DNA from: Eledone cirrhosa
Lineage: Eukaryota
Length of the DNA stretch: 64,000 bases
NCBI GenBank assembly: GCA_964016885.1
Contig: OZ024741.1
Location: 160,952,001-161,016,000, forward strand
Reading direction: 5' to 3'
Of the stretch, positions 1 through 13,965 are shown piece by piece. The notes under the pieces were generated by a model. That model was not told the DNA's origin and searched no databases. It worked only from the letters and a program-made list of their open reading frames with translations. The translations under genes were made by a program, and so were the position numbers. The first letter of the stretch is position 1. The number at the start of each line of letters is the position of its first letter.

Positions 1-1429
1 CTACACAATAACCAAAATACACTAATTGCAAATTAGAGACAAAAGTCTTAAATGTGAAATTTTACCCCAAATCAAGAATGTTTTAATGATGAGTTGAAGT
101 ATATAAATGCTGCAGAAATATTATTAGGAGAATTTATTTGGACAAATACCTCTATAATGTGTTGAGTGCTATTTTGTGGTATTTTTTCTAAAAATAAAAA
201 TTTTAAGCACACTGTATATATTTAATACATGTTTTCATTCAGTAAAAATAAAAAAAAGCTAGAAAGAATGCATATTCACTTTTACTTTTGATGACCAAAT
301 TAACTTACTTAACAAACTAAAGGAAATAGCCTATCAACCCAAGATGTCTATTTTTTGTATTACTTTCAATCTTTAAGGATTTACTTGGTACTGTTCTGAG
401 ATGCTCTGCTTTGGGTGCATTGCAGATGGTTTCTTTAGTTCCTCCAGGCTGTGATCATCATTAACCCTTTAATGTTCAAACCGGTCAGAATTCTCTACCT
501 TTTTCTGTTGAAACTGGCTGTAACTGGTCGTTCAAACTGATGTTAAGGTATTGTTCTCAAAATAAATACTTTCAAAATCTCATAGATTCATTATTATGTG
601 AGATAATTATGTGAGATAAAGCCTTTACCATGAAAATACAATAGTATATATAGAGTAATGTGAATGCTAAAGGGTTAAAAAACAAAACAAGAACATTTGT
701 TCTCTGTACACATTGCAACATGGAAGAGAAGATATAATCACACACTTTCTTCAGGTTTCTGAAAAAGATTTATTCAATAACTTGAGGTAGCACTTAAAGC
801 TGAATTCATCATTGAAAAAACTCACTCTCGGCATGGAAAAGAGAAGCTATAAGCACACAGATTCTTCAAGTCTTTACTCAACAGCTTCAGATAGCATTCT
901 TCACTGTGACTGCCTACCACATCAGGAGTATTGAGAATTGTCTTATAGTTCTTCCATATCAATATCATGAAGGTTACAGGCCATGACTGCATCAGAGAAT
1001 TATTGAAACGGTATGGCACTTGTTAGGCTCAATTTTGATATCTGTCAAACACTGTCTGATGACATTAACTCCCCCTGGTCGTGGATATACTCACCAAAGG
1101 TGAATGAATGTGAGGCATCTTCTTTAATCCTTTCATTACATATCTCTAATGAAATATGCTGCCTATGGTTTTCAAATGATTTTGAAAATATTCATGAATT
1201 TAGAGAGATTTAGTAATATTATAACTAACATTCTTATTCTTAAGATGGTGTTTGGAAGCTTTTTAGATAAATATAAATACTAATTAAACTATTATATTCT
1301 AGAAACATCATAATCAGCATTTAACATTTTTTTCCCTACTGACAGGGCAATTTCAGGTAGTTTGGTATTGAAAGAGTTACTATGTAATTATTCTTGTATA
1401 TAGTGCAAGTTTTTATGTTCAATACATTC

Positions 1430-1760
1430 AGTCATCAGAAGAAGGGAGTTAGGTGTAAAAGCCAAACTTACTATCTTCAATTTGGTATTCATGCCAACCT
1501 TACCTATGGTCATGAATCATGAGTAATGACCAAATGATTGCAAATACGTGGCCAAAACGGGGTTCCTCTGAAAGGTCTTTGGAGTAATGTTACACAATAG
1601 AGGCAAGAGAGTTGCTCCAGGTAGGGCTGCTACATCTTCAACTAGAGAAATCACAGCTCCAATATTACAGATATGTGGTTAGAACATCTCAGGAAAGAAT
1701 CACTGGACAGATTTTATAGGCAAAACTATCTGGCAGGAGACCCAAGGCTAGACTAAATCA
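1430..1760 (+). mobile_element. decayed RTE-clade LINE RT C-terminal fragment
   Basis: Translates with breaks to RRELGVKAKLTIFNLVFMPT..YGHE, then GRRPKGR-like residues. Confidence 0.55.
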
Positions 1761-2585
1761 AATATCTTTACTTCTTTTCATAAGACAATTCCTGAGGTCA
1801 CTCAAAACCAGGTGTGATTGCAGGCAGTTCTTTAACAAAAGAGCTAAAAAAATAAACCGTAAGGTCATTCTTTTTCTTTTCTTTTCTGCATATCCAATAT
1901 TCTGGATTTCCTTTTTTTTTTAAGTAGAATATTTCCAATAGAATATTTTCATATAAACACTTTAAAATAAACAGCTTTGTATTGTAGAACCATTCTCTGT
2001 TTCAAACAGATTGATATCAAAAAGGTTAAACAAGCCAATCACATTTCAGATTTCTCCTTCACTAGAAAATAAATGGTAAAATTCTCAATAACTAATCCTT
2101 ATTAACTCTTTCCTTAACACATTTTTAATGAATGACACAGCCAGTGATTTTCAAATAACTTTGAAAATAATCAAGTAACTGGATGGATTTAGTAATATAA
2201 GTAACTTTTTTATTATTTAACACGTATTTGGAACATAAACATTTTCACATAAAATTATGGTGGAAGGTTTGTAGATAAATATAAACATCTTAAATTAACC
2301 AGCTTAGTATCAGAGAACCAAGGGTGCTTTCAGGCAGTTTTGTATCAGAAGGGTTAATAAGGGTTCTTATGATAGAAGGTTTTTAGGTAAACACTTTAAA
2401 ATAAACAACTTAGTATTATAGAATTGAGGGTATATTCAGGCAGTTTAGTATCAAAGGGATTAAACAACCAATGTTTTAGATTTCTCCTTCACCACACAGA
2501 TAAAAAAGGTAAAGTTATTGCCAACTAATCATTTATTTTTAAATATAATTCTTTTTCAAAATATACATCTAACCATCCACTGTTC

Positions 2586-2726
2586 TTACTTTGTTTCAAG
2601 TTTTTCTAAAGCCTTTATTAAAATCTGAGGATCATAAGATGGCCCTTCTCCTCCTAATTCTTTTGGCATTGATTCTTGATCAAAGTACTCCCAGAAATTT
2701 TCCAAATTATATCCATGGACAAAAAC
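2586..2726 (-). CDS. RLBP1-like coding exon 5 (last, with TAA stop)
   Basis: ttttcAG|VFVHGYNLENFWEYFDQESMPKELGGEGPSYD...LETK*. The five exons total 852 nt = 283 aa + stop. Confidence 0.92.
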   Translation of the reverse strand, partial: VFVHGYNLENFWEYFDQESMPKELGGEGPSYDPQILIKALEKLETK

Positions 2727-3295
2727 CTGAAAAATACAAACAGTCAATAAAACATATTGCAATGGAACTTGTGTAAATATATCTATATATGTAACCAAAA
2801 CCTGAAACAGTGTTTGCCCTGTCACCTGTCACACCCTTCCTAAGTCATTCATGTCTCACACAACCATCTTTTTTCTGAATCAAATAGAAAGTGTGTGCGT
2901 GTGTGAGAGAGTGGGGGGCATAAAGAGAAAGAAAGAGAGACAGATATATAGAGAGAGTTGTGTTTTAATTACTTTTCTTTTCATTACATGTGTAATTTTA
3001 ATTGATTAATTTTTTTTATTTCAATGCATTAACTATATTAGCCCTAATTAACTATAATAAAACACTACATTAACTCTGATAGCCTTAATTAACTATAATA
3101 ATGTACTACATTAAATACTAGCAGAAGTACCTGGTGTTACTTTGAAAAGAAATGATTCAGTCAGAGGATATCTTAGAAAATAATAATTGCAGCTATTCTG
3201 CAGAAAAGATATGAACTCATAACATTGTGACTGATTTTTAAATACCGTATTTATTAGACCATTGATACACCTGATAGTTTTGTATTGGAAAGGAA

Positions 3296-6200
3296 AGGAA
3301 CCGATCATCAGATCAGACCACAGAAGCAATAGTTTCATTGGTCTTTCCATTATTTATACTATCTGCCAGTTGCAACTCCTAGCAGAACGAAGGAACCGAT
3401 CATCAGATCAGACCAAGAAAGCAATATTTTCATTGGTCTTTCCATTATTTATACTATCTGCCAGTTGCAACTCCTAGAAGAACGAAGGAACCGATCATAA
3501 GATCAGACCAAGAAAGCAATATTTTCATTGGTCTTTCCATTATTTATACTATCTGCCAGTTGCAACTCCTAGCAGAACGAAGGAACCGATCATCAGATCA
3601 GACCAAGGAAACAATATTTTCATTGGTCTTTCCATTATTTATACTATCTGCCAGTTGCAACTCCTAGCAGAACGAAGGAACCGATCATCAGATCAGACCA
3701 AGGAAACAATATTTTCATTGGTCTTTCCATTATTTATACTATCTGCCAGTTGCAACTCCTAGCAGAACGAAGGAACCGATCATCAGATCAGACCAAGAAA
3801 GCAATATTTTCATTGGTCTTTCCATTATTTATACTATCTGCCAGTTGCAACTCCTAGCAGAACGAAGGAACCGATCATCAGATCAGACCAAGGAAGCAAT
3901 ATTTTCATTGGTCGTTCCATTATTTATACTATCTGCCAGTTGCAACTCCTAGCAGAACGAAGGAACCGATCATCAGATCAGACCAAGGAAGCAATATTTT
4001 CATTGGTCTTTCCATTATTTATACTATCTGCCAGTTGCAACTCCTAGCAGAACGAAGGAACCGATCATCAGATCAGACCAAGGAAGCAATATTTTCATTG
4101 GTCTTTCCATTGTTTATATTATCTGCCAGTTGCAACTCCTAGCAGAACGAAGGAACCGATCATCAGATCAGACCAAGGAAGCAATATTTTCATTGGTCTT
4201 TCCATTATTTATACTATCTGCCAGTTGCAACTCCTAGCAGAACGAAGGAACCGATCATCAGATCAGACCAAGGAAGCAATATTTTCATTGGTCTTTCCAT
4301 TATTTATACTATCTGCCAGTTGCAACTCCTAGCAGAACGAAGGAACCGATCATCAGATCAGACCAAGAAAGCAATATTTTCATTGGTCTTTCCATTATTT
4401 ATACTATCTGCCAGTTGCAACTCCTAGCAGAACGAAGGAACCGATCATCAGATCAGACCAAGGAAGCAATATTTTCATTGGTCTTTCCATTATTTATACT
4501 ATCTGCCAGTTGCAACTCCTAGCAGAACGAAGGAACCGATCATCAGATCAGACCAAGGAAGCAATATTTTCATTGGTCTTTCCATTATTTATACTATCTG
4601 CCAGTTGCAACTCCTAGCAGAACGAAGGAACCGATCATCAGATCAGACCAAGGAAGCAATATTTTCATTGGTCTTTCCATTATTTATACTATCTGCCAGT
4701 TGCAACTCCTAGCAGAACGAAGGAACCGATCATCAGATCAGACCAAGGAAGCAATATTTTCATTGGTCTTTCCATTATTTATACTATCTGCCAGTTGCAA
4801 CTCCTAGCAGAACGAAGGAACCGATCATCAGATCAGACCACGGAAGCAATATTTTCATTGGTCTTTCCATTATTTATACTATCTGCCAGTTGCAACTCCT
4901 AGCAGAACGAAGGAACCGATCATCAGATCAGACCAAGGAAGCAATATTTTCATTGGTCTTTCCATTATTTATACTATCTGCCAGTTGCAACTCCTAGCAG
5001 AACGAAGGAACCGATCATCAGATCAGACCAAGGAAGCAATATTTTCATTGGTCTTTCCATTATTTATACTATCTGCCAGTTGCAACTCCTAGCAGAACGA
5101 AGGAACCGATCATCAGATCAGACCAAGAAAGCAATATTTTCATTGGTCTTTCCATTATTTATACTATCTGCCAGTTGCAACTCCTAGCAGAACGAAGGAA
5201 CCGATCATCAGATCAGACCAAGAAAGCAATATTTTCATTGGTCTTTCCATTATTTATATTATCTGCCAGTTGCAACTCCTAGCAGAACGAAGGAACCGAT
5301 CATCAGATCAGACCAAGAAAGCAATATTTTCATTGGTCTTTCCATTATTTATACTATCTGCCAGTTGCAACTCCTAGCAGAACGAAGGAACCGATCATCA
5401 GATCAGACCACGGAAGCAATATTTTCATTGGTCTTTCCATTATTTATACTATCTGCCAGTTGCAACTCCTAGCAGAACGAAGGAACCGATCATCAGATCA
5501 GACCAAGAAAGCAATATTTTCATTGGTCTTTCCATTATTTATACTATCTGCCAGATGCAACTCCTAGCAGAACGAAGGAACCGATCATCAGATCAGACCA
5601 AGAAAGCAATATTTTCATTGGTCTTTCCATTATTTATACTATCTGCCAGTTGCAACTCCTAGCAGAACGAAGGAACCGATCATCAGATCAGACCAAGAAA
5701 GCAATATTTTCATTGGTCTTTCCATTATTTATACTATCTGCCAGTTGCAACTCCTAGCAGAACGAAGGAACCGATCATCAGATCAGACCAAGGAAGCAAT
5801 ATTTTCATTGGTCTTTCCATTATTTATACTATCTGCCAGTCGCAACTCCTAGCAGAACGAAGGAACCGATCATCAGATCAGACCAAGGAAGCAATATTTT
5901 CATTGGTCTTTCCATTGTTTATACTATCTGCCAGTTGCAACTCCTAGCAGAACGAAGGAACCGATCATCAGATCAGACCAAGGAAGCAATATTTTCATTG
6001 GTCTTTCCATTATTTATACTATCTGCCAGTTGCAACTCCTAGCAGAACGAAGGAACCGATCATCAGATCAGACCAAGAAAGCAATATTTTCATTGGTCTT
6101 TCCATTATTTATACTATCTGCCAGTTGCAACTCCTAGCAGAACGAAGGAACCGATCATCAGATCAGACCAAGGAAGCAATATTTTCATTGGTCTTTCCAT

Positions 6201-6870
6201 TATTTATACTATCTGCCAGTCGCAACTCCTAGCAGAACGAAGGAACCGATCATCAGATCAGACCAAGGAAGCAATATTTTCATTGGTCTTTCCATTATTT
6301 ATACTATCTGCCAGTTGCAACTCCTAGCAGAACGAAGGAACCGATCATCAGATCAGACCAAGGAAGCAATATTTTCATTGGTCTTTCCATTATTTATACT
6401 ATCTGCCAGTTGCAACTCCTAGCAGAACGAAGGAACCGATCATCAGATCAGACCAAGGAAGCAATATTTTCATTGGTCTTTCCATTGTTTATACTATCTG
6501 CCAGTTGCAACTCCTAGCAGAACGAAGGAACCGATCATCAGATCAGACCAAGGAAGCAATATTTTCATTGGTCTTTCCATTATTTATACTATCTGCCAGT
6601 TGCAACTCCTAGCAGAACGAAGGAACCGATCATCAGATCAGACCAAGGAAGCAATATTTTCATTGGTCTTTCCATTGTTTATACTATCTGCCAGTTGCAA
6701 CTCCTAGCAGAACGAAGGAACCGATCATCAGATCAGACCAAGGAAGCAATATTTTCATTGGTCTTTCCATTGTTTATATTATCTGCCAGTTGCAACTCCT
6801 AGCAGAACGAAGGAACCGATCATCAGATCAGACCAAGGAAGCAATATTTCTATTGGTCTTTCCATTGCTG
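3296..6870. repeat. 95-bp tandem satellite, about 37.5 near-identical copies, in intron 4
   Basis: The unit ccgatcatcagatcagacc...agcagaacgaaggaa recurs at 3301, 3396, 3491 ... 6721, 6816 with only scattered substitutions. Confidence 0.98.
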
Positions 6871-7675
6871 ACACTACTTGCCAGCCCCAACACCTGGCAG
6901 AGGGAGCAAGATGAAATAACCATGATCATGATTCCAAAACCCTAACCACTATGTCAAGCACCTTCATTTTTATTTAATCATCACAATCATCATCATTTAC
7001 ATGGGTGCAATCATAGCTGAGGGGGTACAACACCTGGCCCTTGTTTAATAGGGTCCACACAGTTGTTAGTAATCAAGTCAGAGCATGGTCACTTCCCTTC
7101 CTTCTACTAGTCTCAGAGGTTTACAAAAGGGCCATGTGTACTACCTTTCCTTCCCTGATTAGACAGTGAAAAAAGAAATTTTGCTTTGCAGCCATGTGGT
7201 TTCAGGTTCAGTCTCATTGTGAGGTTTGACTATAACATTGGGTTGATCAATGTTTTGTGAGTGAAGTTTGGGAGATGGAAACACACACACACACACACGC
7301 ACACATATCTCTCTCTCTCCAATAATACACCCGAACACATACACATATTGATACATATGAATATATATATATATATATATATAAATGAAAAGTATAGAAA
7401 TTGTTTTAGTGAGAAGCTAATAGTATTCTATAACATATATGTGACTATGTCGTCAAGATGGGAAAAGTAGTTAACGTAAGATTTAGGAAAAATAATTCAA
7501 ACTCATCTCAAAAGAGAATCAGGATATAAATTCATCCACAGAATTTAGTGAAATCCAGGGAAAAATCAATAGACCCTTAACTCATGATAAAATAAAGTTT
7601 AAAATACTTATACCTTCAATTTGGAAAAATGAAAATAGAGAAATTTATATATATACACACACACACACACACATA

Positions 7676-7897
7676 GTGAAGGCGTGTGGCCGAGTGGTTA
7701 GAGAATTGGATTCCTAATCGTGAGGTTGTAAGTTCGATTCCCGGACCGGGCGATGCGTTATGTTCTTGAGCAAGACACTTTATTTCACGTTGCTCCTTCT
7801 ACCTGGAGTTGCGACCGATAGAGAGTACTAGCAATTGGAAAGACCAACGGAAACATTGTTTCCTCGGTCCGATTTGAGGAAAGTCGATCGAAGAAAA
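7676..7897 (+). mobile_element. tRNA-derived SINE
   Basis: A-box tggccgagtggtta, B-box gttcgattcc, followed by ttgagcaagacactt and a body homologous to the 95-bp satellite unit. Confidence 0.8.
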
Positions 7898-7902
7898 TAT
7901 AT

Positions 7903-7941
<39 letters not shown>

Positions 7942-8191
7942 TTTATTGATACATATAAATATATATATGTGTGTATGCATATATATATATATATATATAT
8001 ATAAATTACACAATAATCAAAACTATGTTCAAATGATTTGAACATAGTTTTGATTATTGTGTAATTTATATTCCTGCTCTATAAAACATCTGATGTATTT
8101 ACATTGAGCTATTTTTCTTACTGGTAATAAGGTAGTAATAAATTACTGACCTTTCCTGTTTATAGTTGTATATAGTGTATATATAACTATA

Positions 8192-8266
<75 letters not shown>

Positions 8267-8339
8267 CTCCATAATATTCATATAATATATATATATAAAC
8301 TCCATAATATTCATTCACACATTCGTAAAAATACGTTTT

Positions 8340-8945
8340 TTATCATTGCCGTAACATTGGGCAGGGTATTTAAGGCAGATAGATGAGAGGTTGCCTAAGC
8401 AAATTTGGTAGAGAGAGTTAACTCTTGGTAAATGCTCCAGATACAAACCCAAGAAACATTTCAGGGATGTTGTCAAAGGCAACCTGAAGACTCTTGGTAT
8501 TAGTGTTGTGGATTGGGAAGATGAGGTGGAGAGTAGATCTGGTTGGAGAAGTCTGGTTTATGATGGTTGTGATTGTTTTGAGGTCAAAAGAATGGAACAT
8601 TCAGTTTTTTGAAAGAGCACTCAGGAAAGGGGATATAGACTCAGTCCCAGAGGATATCCAGTCGGCATATGTCTGCAGAAAGGTTCTTTCTCATGCTGGG
8701 ACTGATAATGTTGGTGTCCTTCTTGAAAGCCCTGTTGGGTATTTGTGTCAGTTTTGCAACAAAGCCTGTCGGTCTGCTGCTGGACTTAAGCTGCACATAA
8801 GAGTGTATAAGGAGGAAGTTATGTTCAGGACTATCTGGGAACCGCATGTGTGTCACATTTGTAAAACTGTATGCAGGAGCAAGTCAGGTTTGTGGAGTAA
8901 TTTGTGGGCTCAAGGCCATTCAGCACAACATTGAAGAGATGGCCC
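8340..8945 (+). mobile_element. 3' fragment of RTE/RTE-X-like LINE with C-terminal C2H2-type zinc fingers
   Basis: RLPKQI..EL..GK motif, then CQFCNKACRSAAGLKLH and CHICKTVCRSKSGL in ORF 8494..8934. Confidence 0.65.
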
Positions 8946-8990
8946 TCTTCTGTAAAGAAGTGACAGTTATCATATATATATATATATATA

Positions 8991-9599
8991 TGATAAAATG
9001 GGGAGAAAAATACTGCTGGTAGCACATGGATAACATGTAATAAAATAAGTCCCTCATCAGTGATTTGCCGACGATCATAGATATTTCATTGCATTAAAAA
9101 TCATATACCTCACGTCGGTGCAATAATAACTAAATTAAGTTATTAGGACAATTAAAACGCGTAAAGCGAGTGAGACAGGAAAACAACAAAGAGTAGAGCT
9201 AACCGTAGAGGAAGGAAACAAGCTTCATAGTTATTCTGTTAGCGTAAGCTAGGTGAATATATGAGCGCTTAGAAAACAGACCTTTCGCAAACGAATGCAA
9301 TGTAAGAAAGAGAGAAATTGCTTTCGTTACGAACGGGGTGAAGTGAGGAGAGGAGAGTGAGTGAGTGGAAGTGTGAGGAAGAGTTAACTGACACGACAGA
9401 GGGGGCAAAAGAAAGTAGGAGAAACAGAGAGAATGAGGGAGCCGTAAGAGAGAGAGAGAGAGAAAAAAAAACAGAATCGCAGTATAGGTAAATATATGTG
9501 ATAAAATGGGGAGAAAAATACTGCTGGTACCACATCGATAACATGTAATAAAATAAGTCCCTCATCAGTGATTTGCCGACGATCATAGATATTTCATTG
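8991..9599 (-). mobile_element. small non-coding element with about 100-bp direct repeats, probably PLE-derived
   Basis: 8991-9091 is repeated at 9499-9599. The element is flanked by (TA)n and is related to 41190-41655. Confidence 0.5.
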
Positions 9600-9867
9600 A
9601 TATATATATATATATATATTACATATATATGTGTGTGTCCATGTCTCTGTTGTTGTATTTATGTTACTATTTGTTTATGCCTGGTAACTTAACAGTTTGA
9701 CAAATAGAGATCGATAAAATAATTGCCACACCTAAATATAAGTATTGGTGTTTATATGTTAAAGAAAGCCTTCACGGCAGTGTCCTAGCACTGCTGCAGT
9801 AAAATCACTGAGAGATTAAATGCATATACACAGATATGTAGAAAAAAGAATGAGTATGTGAATTCAC

Positions 9868-9978
9868 CTTTTTAGAAAGTTTTCGTTTCAAAAATGGTTT
9901 GACCATTGCATATGTCCAGGTAAAATACCAAGGCTCATTAATTACATGTACACCTTGAAATCGAGCAGGAAATGATCC
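9868..9978 (-). CDS. RLBP1-like coding exon 4
   Basis: acAG|GSFPARFQGVHVINEPWYFTWTYAMVKPFLKRKLSKK|GTGAAT. 111 nt with the hallmark FPARF..H..N.PW.F.....VKPFL motif. Confidence 0.93.
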
Positions 9979-11646
9979 CTGTGTTAAAAAAATAGAACCC
10001 AGTAAAAATGGTGAAATATTATTTGAACAAATTAATCTCCTATTTACCATATTTTTAATAAAAATCACTGCATATGGTTTTCGAATAATTCGGAAAATAA
10101 TCAAGAATTTAGAGAAGTTTAGTAATATAACTAATTTTCTCCTTATTAAGCTGGTATTTGGAGCATAACTTAACAAAGGTTTTTACATAAGATTATGATA
10201 GTAGGGTTTTCGAAAACTATAGCCACTTTAAAGCAAACAGTCTTGTATCATTGAACCAAGGGTAATTACAAGCGGTTAGGTATTAAATGTATTAAATAAT
10301 TGTCTGACTTGTGAATTAATGCATAAGTGGCTAAGCATTCTATAGACACATGCAGCCATAGTGTAATTCCTAAACTGAAACAACCTGATAGTATGTGACA
10401 AGGTTGTGACCTTTGAATTACTTGTACTATAATATAAGTGGCCAAGTATTTCATAGGCATTTGTACCCTCAATGGAATTCCCAAGCTGACATAATATGCA
10501 AGTAGGCTGGTCCTTTGAATTACAGTTACAATCTATCTAGTATTATAGTGTAAAGGCGGTGGATTGGCAGTATTTGCAGAGGGTCGGACGCCATGCTTTG
10601 CAGCATTGAGTTGCGTCCTTTTATGGTCTGAGTTAAAATCCCGCCGATTCATCCTTACAGTGTCGATAAAATCAAGCACCAGTAATGTACTGGGGTAATT
10701 GTTGGCCTTGTGCCAACAGTAGACATTATAGTGTAAGTGGCTGAGTATTCCACAGACATGCATACCCTTAAGACAATCCCCAAACCAAATCAGCACAACA
10801 ATATGTGACAAAGCTGAACCTTTGAATTACAGATGTAATCCATTCAGTAAGCTTTAACTCAGTTTCACTCACAAGGCATTGCTCAGTGTGGGGCTATAGT
10901 GAAAGGTAATTACTCAAGGTGCTGCAAAGTGGAATCAATCCCGAAACTTCAAACACCTTAATCACACAGCCAGGCCTGCATCATCATCATCATTATCATC
11001 ACCATTTTATATCTAATTTCCACGCAAGCATGGGTTAGACGAGTTATCCTGTTGTAGGCAATTCTAGGTCAGGTGACCATTGTAATAATTGTTTCTACTT
11101 TTGGCACAAGGCCAGCAATTACCCAGTACATTACTGGTACTTTATTTTATCGACCCCGTAAGGATAAAAGGCAAAGTTAACCTCGGCGGGATTTGAATTC
11201 AGATCGTAAAGGGGCATAACTCTATGCTGCAAAGCATGGCATCCAACCCTCCACCGATACTGCCAATATTATTCACAGCCCTCTTCCCCACATCTCCAAA
11301 CAAGTAAAATCTTGTTAGGAAAACTTTAACAAAATTTTACCTGTAGAATTTCAGACCACTTTGCTGAATGTATCTGGTTTAGATTAAAGTGATTAAAAGG
11401 ATTGGCACCAGGAAAGTCATCTGGCCATAAAACATTTACTCAAAAGCACTCTATTATAGACATAAATTCTGCTATGGTGTCTACAATTCCTTATCTAGCA
11501 GAGAAAAGTCTGCTATGGTGTCTACAATTCCTTATCTAGCAGAGAAAATGGCCTTAAAAGTTTGTGTTATACAGATAATTTTACCTTCTCTCCTTCATAT
11601 CACCAAGCAGGAAATTCTCATTAGATCAAAGTTTTTAAAATCTTAC

Positions 11647-11868
11647 CTGTAGAATATCCACCATCATTTTTAACTCTGATGTTTTCAGACCCCATGCCTG
11701 TTTTAGGGAATAATGGTAGAAGTTCTCAATAAGAACACAGCCATTGACTTGAGTCTGTTGACTGACAATCAGTCGTTGCAAAAGGTATAGGTAAGCTCTC
11801 ATTATTACCAAGAATGGGAACTCATCCTTGTCCCAGTTTTCTATACTGAAACAGAACACAGTTCTGCC
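11647..11868 (-). CDS. RLBP1-like coding exon 3
   Basis: ttccAG|GRTVFCFSIENW...QTQVNGCVLIENF...LKTSELKMMVDILQ|GTAAGA. 222 nt, CRAL-TRIO core. Confidence 0.93.
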
Positions 11869-12206
11869 CTGGAAGAGAATTTTGAAAATTTTAATAAATA
11901 TATCTTATATATCAGGTTTTTGAATGTTTGTCCACAGGCAGCTTACTGTTTATATGTATTTTAATGTATGTGTGTACATTTTGTTGTTGGTGTTGTTTAT
12001 TGTGGTTTAACCTTAGATCAGCCCATCATCATCGTTTTTACATTGATGTTTCCATACTGGCATGGGTTTTATGGCCCATTTGGGACATTGTTTTACCGTT
12101 GGATGTTCTTCCTTCAAACCTAACAATCATACATTACATATATTCCTTTATCTTATTCCATAGTCACTTTATATACATACATATATACATATGTTTATAT
12201 ATACAC

Positions 12207-12408
12207 GTGTAGGCAACACAGTAAAAACCTCCCAGACCCACACTGTAAATGTGGTTGGTGTTAGGAAGGGCATCCAACTGTAGAAAACCTGCCAGACAGT
12301 CCTATGCGAGCAAGACAATCACTCTTGCCTCAAGTGGGACTACCCCCGTCCAAACCCATGCAAGCGTGGAACACGGACGTTAAACGTTGATGATGATGAT
12401 GATGATGA
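12207..12408 (+). mobile_element. 5'-truncated RTE LINE 3' UTR with (TGA)n tail
   Basis: Nearly identical to 40746-40943, the 3' end of the RTE copy at 39.1-40.9 kb. Confidence 0.85.
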
Positions 12409-12778
12409 TACACATACACCACACACATGTAAATATATATACACACACACAGACACACGCACACACACAGACACACATATATATGTGTGTATATATATAT
12501 ATCATCATCATCATCATTTTACGTCCACCTTTCCTTGATTGCAAGGGTGGTACGGGTCCTATTCAGCACAGCATCTCTCCACTTGTCATGGCCCTTCGTC
12601 ATCTCCTCCGTGAGCTTCAGCGATCTGAGGTCTGCTCTCACCACCTATATATATATAGTTCCATATGAGCGAGACACGCTATCCTGACCAATCAAATGGA
12701 ACAAAACCGTCTAACCCATGCTAGTGTGGAAGGTGGACGTTAAACAATGATGATGATATATATAAGTATATATATACA

Positions 12779-13908
12779 CAGTGGCAGACTGGCCAGATTG
12801 CCAGGTTTCCCAATGGCAGGGGGGCCCATGGTAGTTTTGCAGGGCCCACAGTAGCATTGCAGGGCCCACTGTAGTATTTTAGGAGCCAATGCTTTGCTTT
12901 CAAAAAATAAATGAAGTCTAAGAGAAAGAATAACATTTAAAAAAAATATATAAAACAATTAAGCAAAGCATTTGGTCCACCAATTCCCCAGGGAATTAAT
13001 AAAAACCAAAATATATGATAGTGCAAATAGCTGGAATCAGTGGTTGTACATTCTACTAAATCTTAGTGTATTCATTCATGCATGCAAACATACATATATA
13101 GACACACACACAAGCATATATATATATATTTATATATACTTACACAAACTACTGACCAAATAATGTTTGGTATCAATCAGTTAAAGAGATCTGTCAAATC
13201 AATTAGTAGTGAAGGTGGTGTATATATATATATGGTGGCTGCCAACTCGTTTTCTAGTACGGCCACTACTTTATATCCATGTAGGAGAACCCCTACCGAT
13301 GCGCTGAATGAGTGTGACTTTTTAGTCCAGCCAGCGACTTGAAAACTCTGATACAAACACTACACTTGTGACAATTATTGACACATAGTGCTGGGCCCAT
13401 GATACCATATGACGACAAGTGCAGAGAGATCTCCAGATATAAAGCAATGCCTGTGCCGTGAAGCTTTTATAGTGAGCAAAGGCACTGCACAAAGCCAGTC
13501 CCACTCTCTTAACCAAGATGATATTTACCAAAAAGAAGAACAAGTCAACATCATTGGATACCATCAGGGTTGCAGGTGTTATATCAGAGTTTTCCTTCTC
13601 CGAGAATTCTGCCTTGACAAAGGCTAAGGGGTCATCTCTCCCGATGATTTTGGATGGCCATTGACTCTTAAGAGCTCCTTTGCCCTTTGACAGGTTTTGT
13701 TTTTAGTCCTGCAGGATGTCCAAAGTCACCCTCCTCACCAAGAAACCTTGGTGGGGTTGCCAGTTTAGTCGCCAACGACCCGACCATGAGACAGGTTGTA
13801 CTGGGATACATGTTACCAGTAGCACCAACTGTTGACCTGACATAATATATATATATACATACATACATATACATATATATATGTATATATATACACACAC
13901 ACAGACAC

Positions 13909-13965
<57 letters not shown>

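Noticed and set aside
822-1213. Short ORFs with nearby GTGAGT-like donors downstream of the RLBP1-like stop
   Set aside because: No recognisable protein motif or consistent exon phase; could be 3' UTR or intergenic.
3296-6870. CRISPR array
   Set aside because: Head-to-tail near-identical units with no unique spacers, no cas genes and a eukaryotic intronic context.
3296-6870. Hammerhead in the satellite unit (minus strand has CUGAUGA and GAAA-gaccaa...ttggtc)
   Set aside because: The cleavage position would be G, there is no stem I, and stem II cannot close.
7676-7752. tRNA gene
   Set aside because: A and B boxes are present, but the acceptor stem does not pair and the sequence continues into a SINE body.
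7785-8314. YI/IY-, HT- or CMYV-repeat ORFs (also at 13.7, 17.6, 31.8, 38.0, 46.2, 47.5 and 54.6 kb)
   Set aside because: These are translations of microsatellites.
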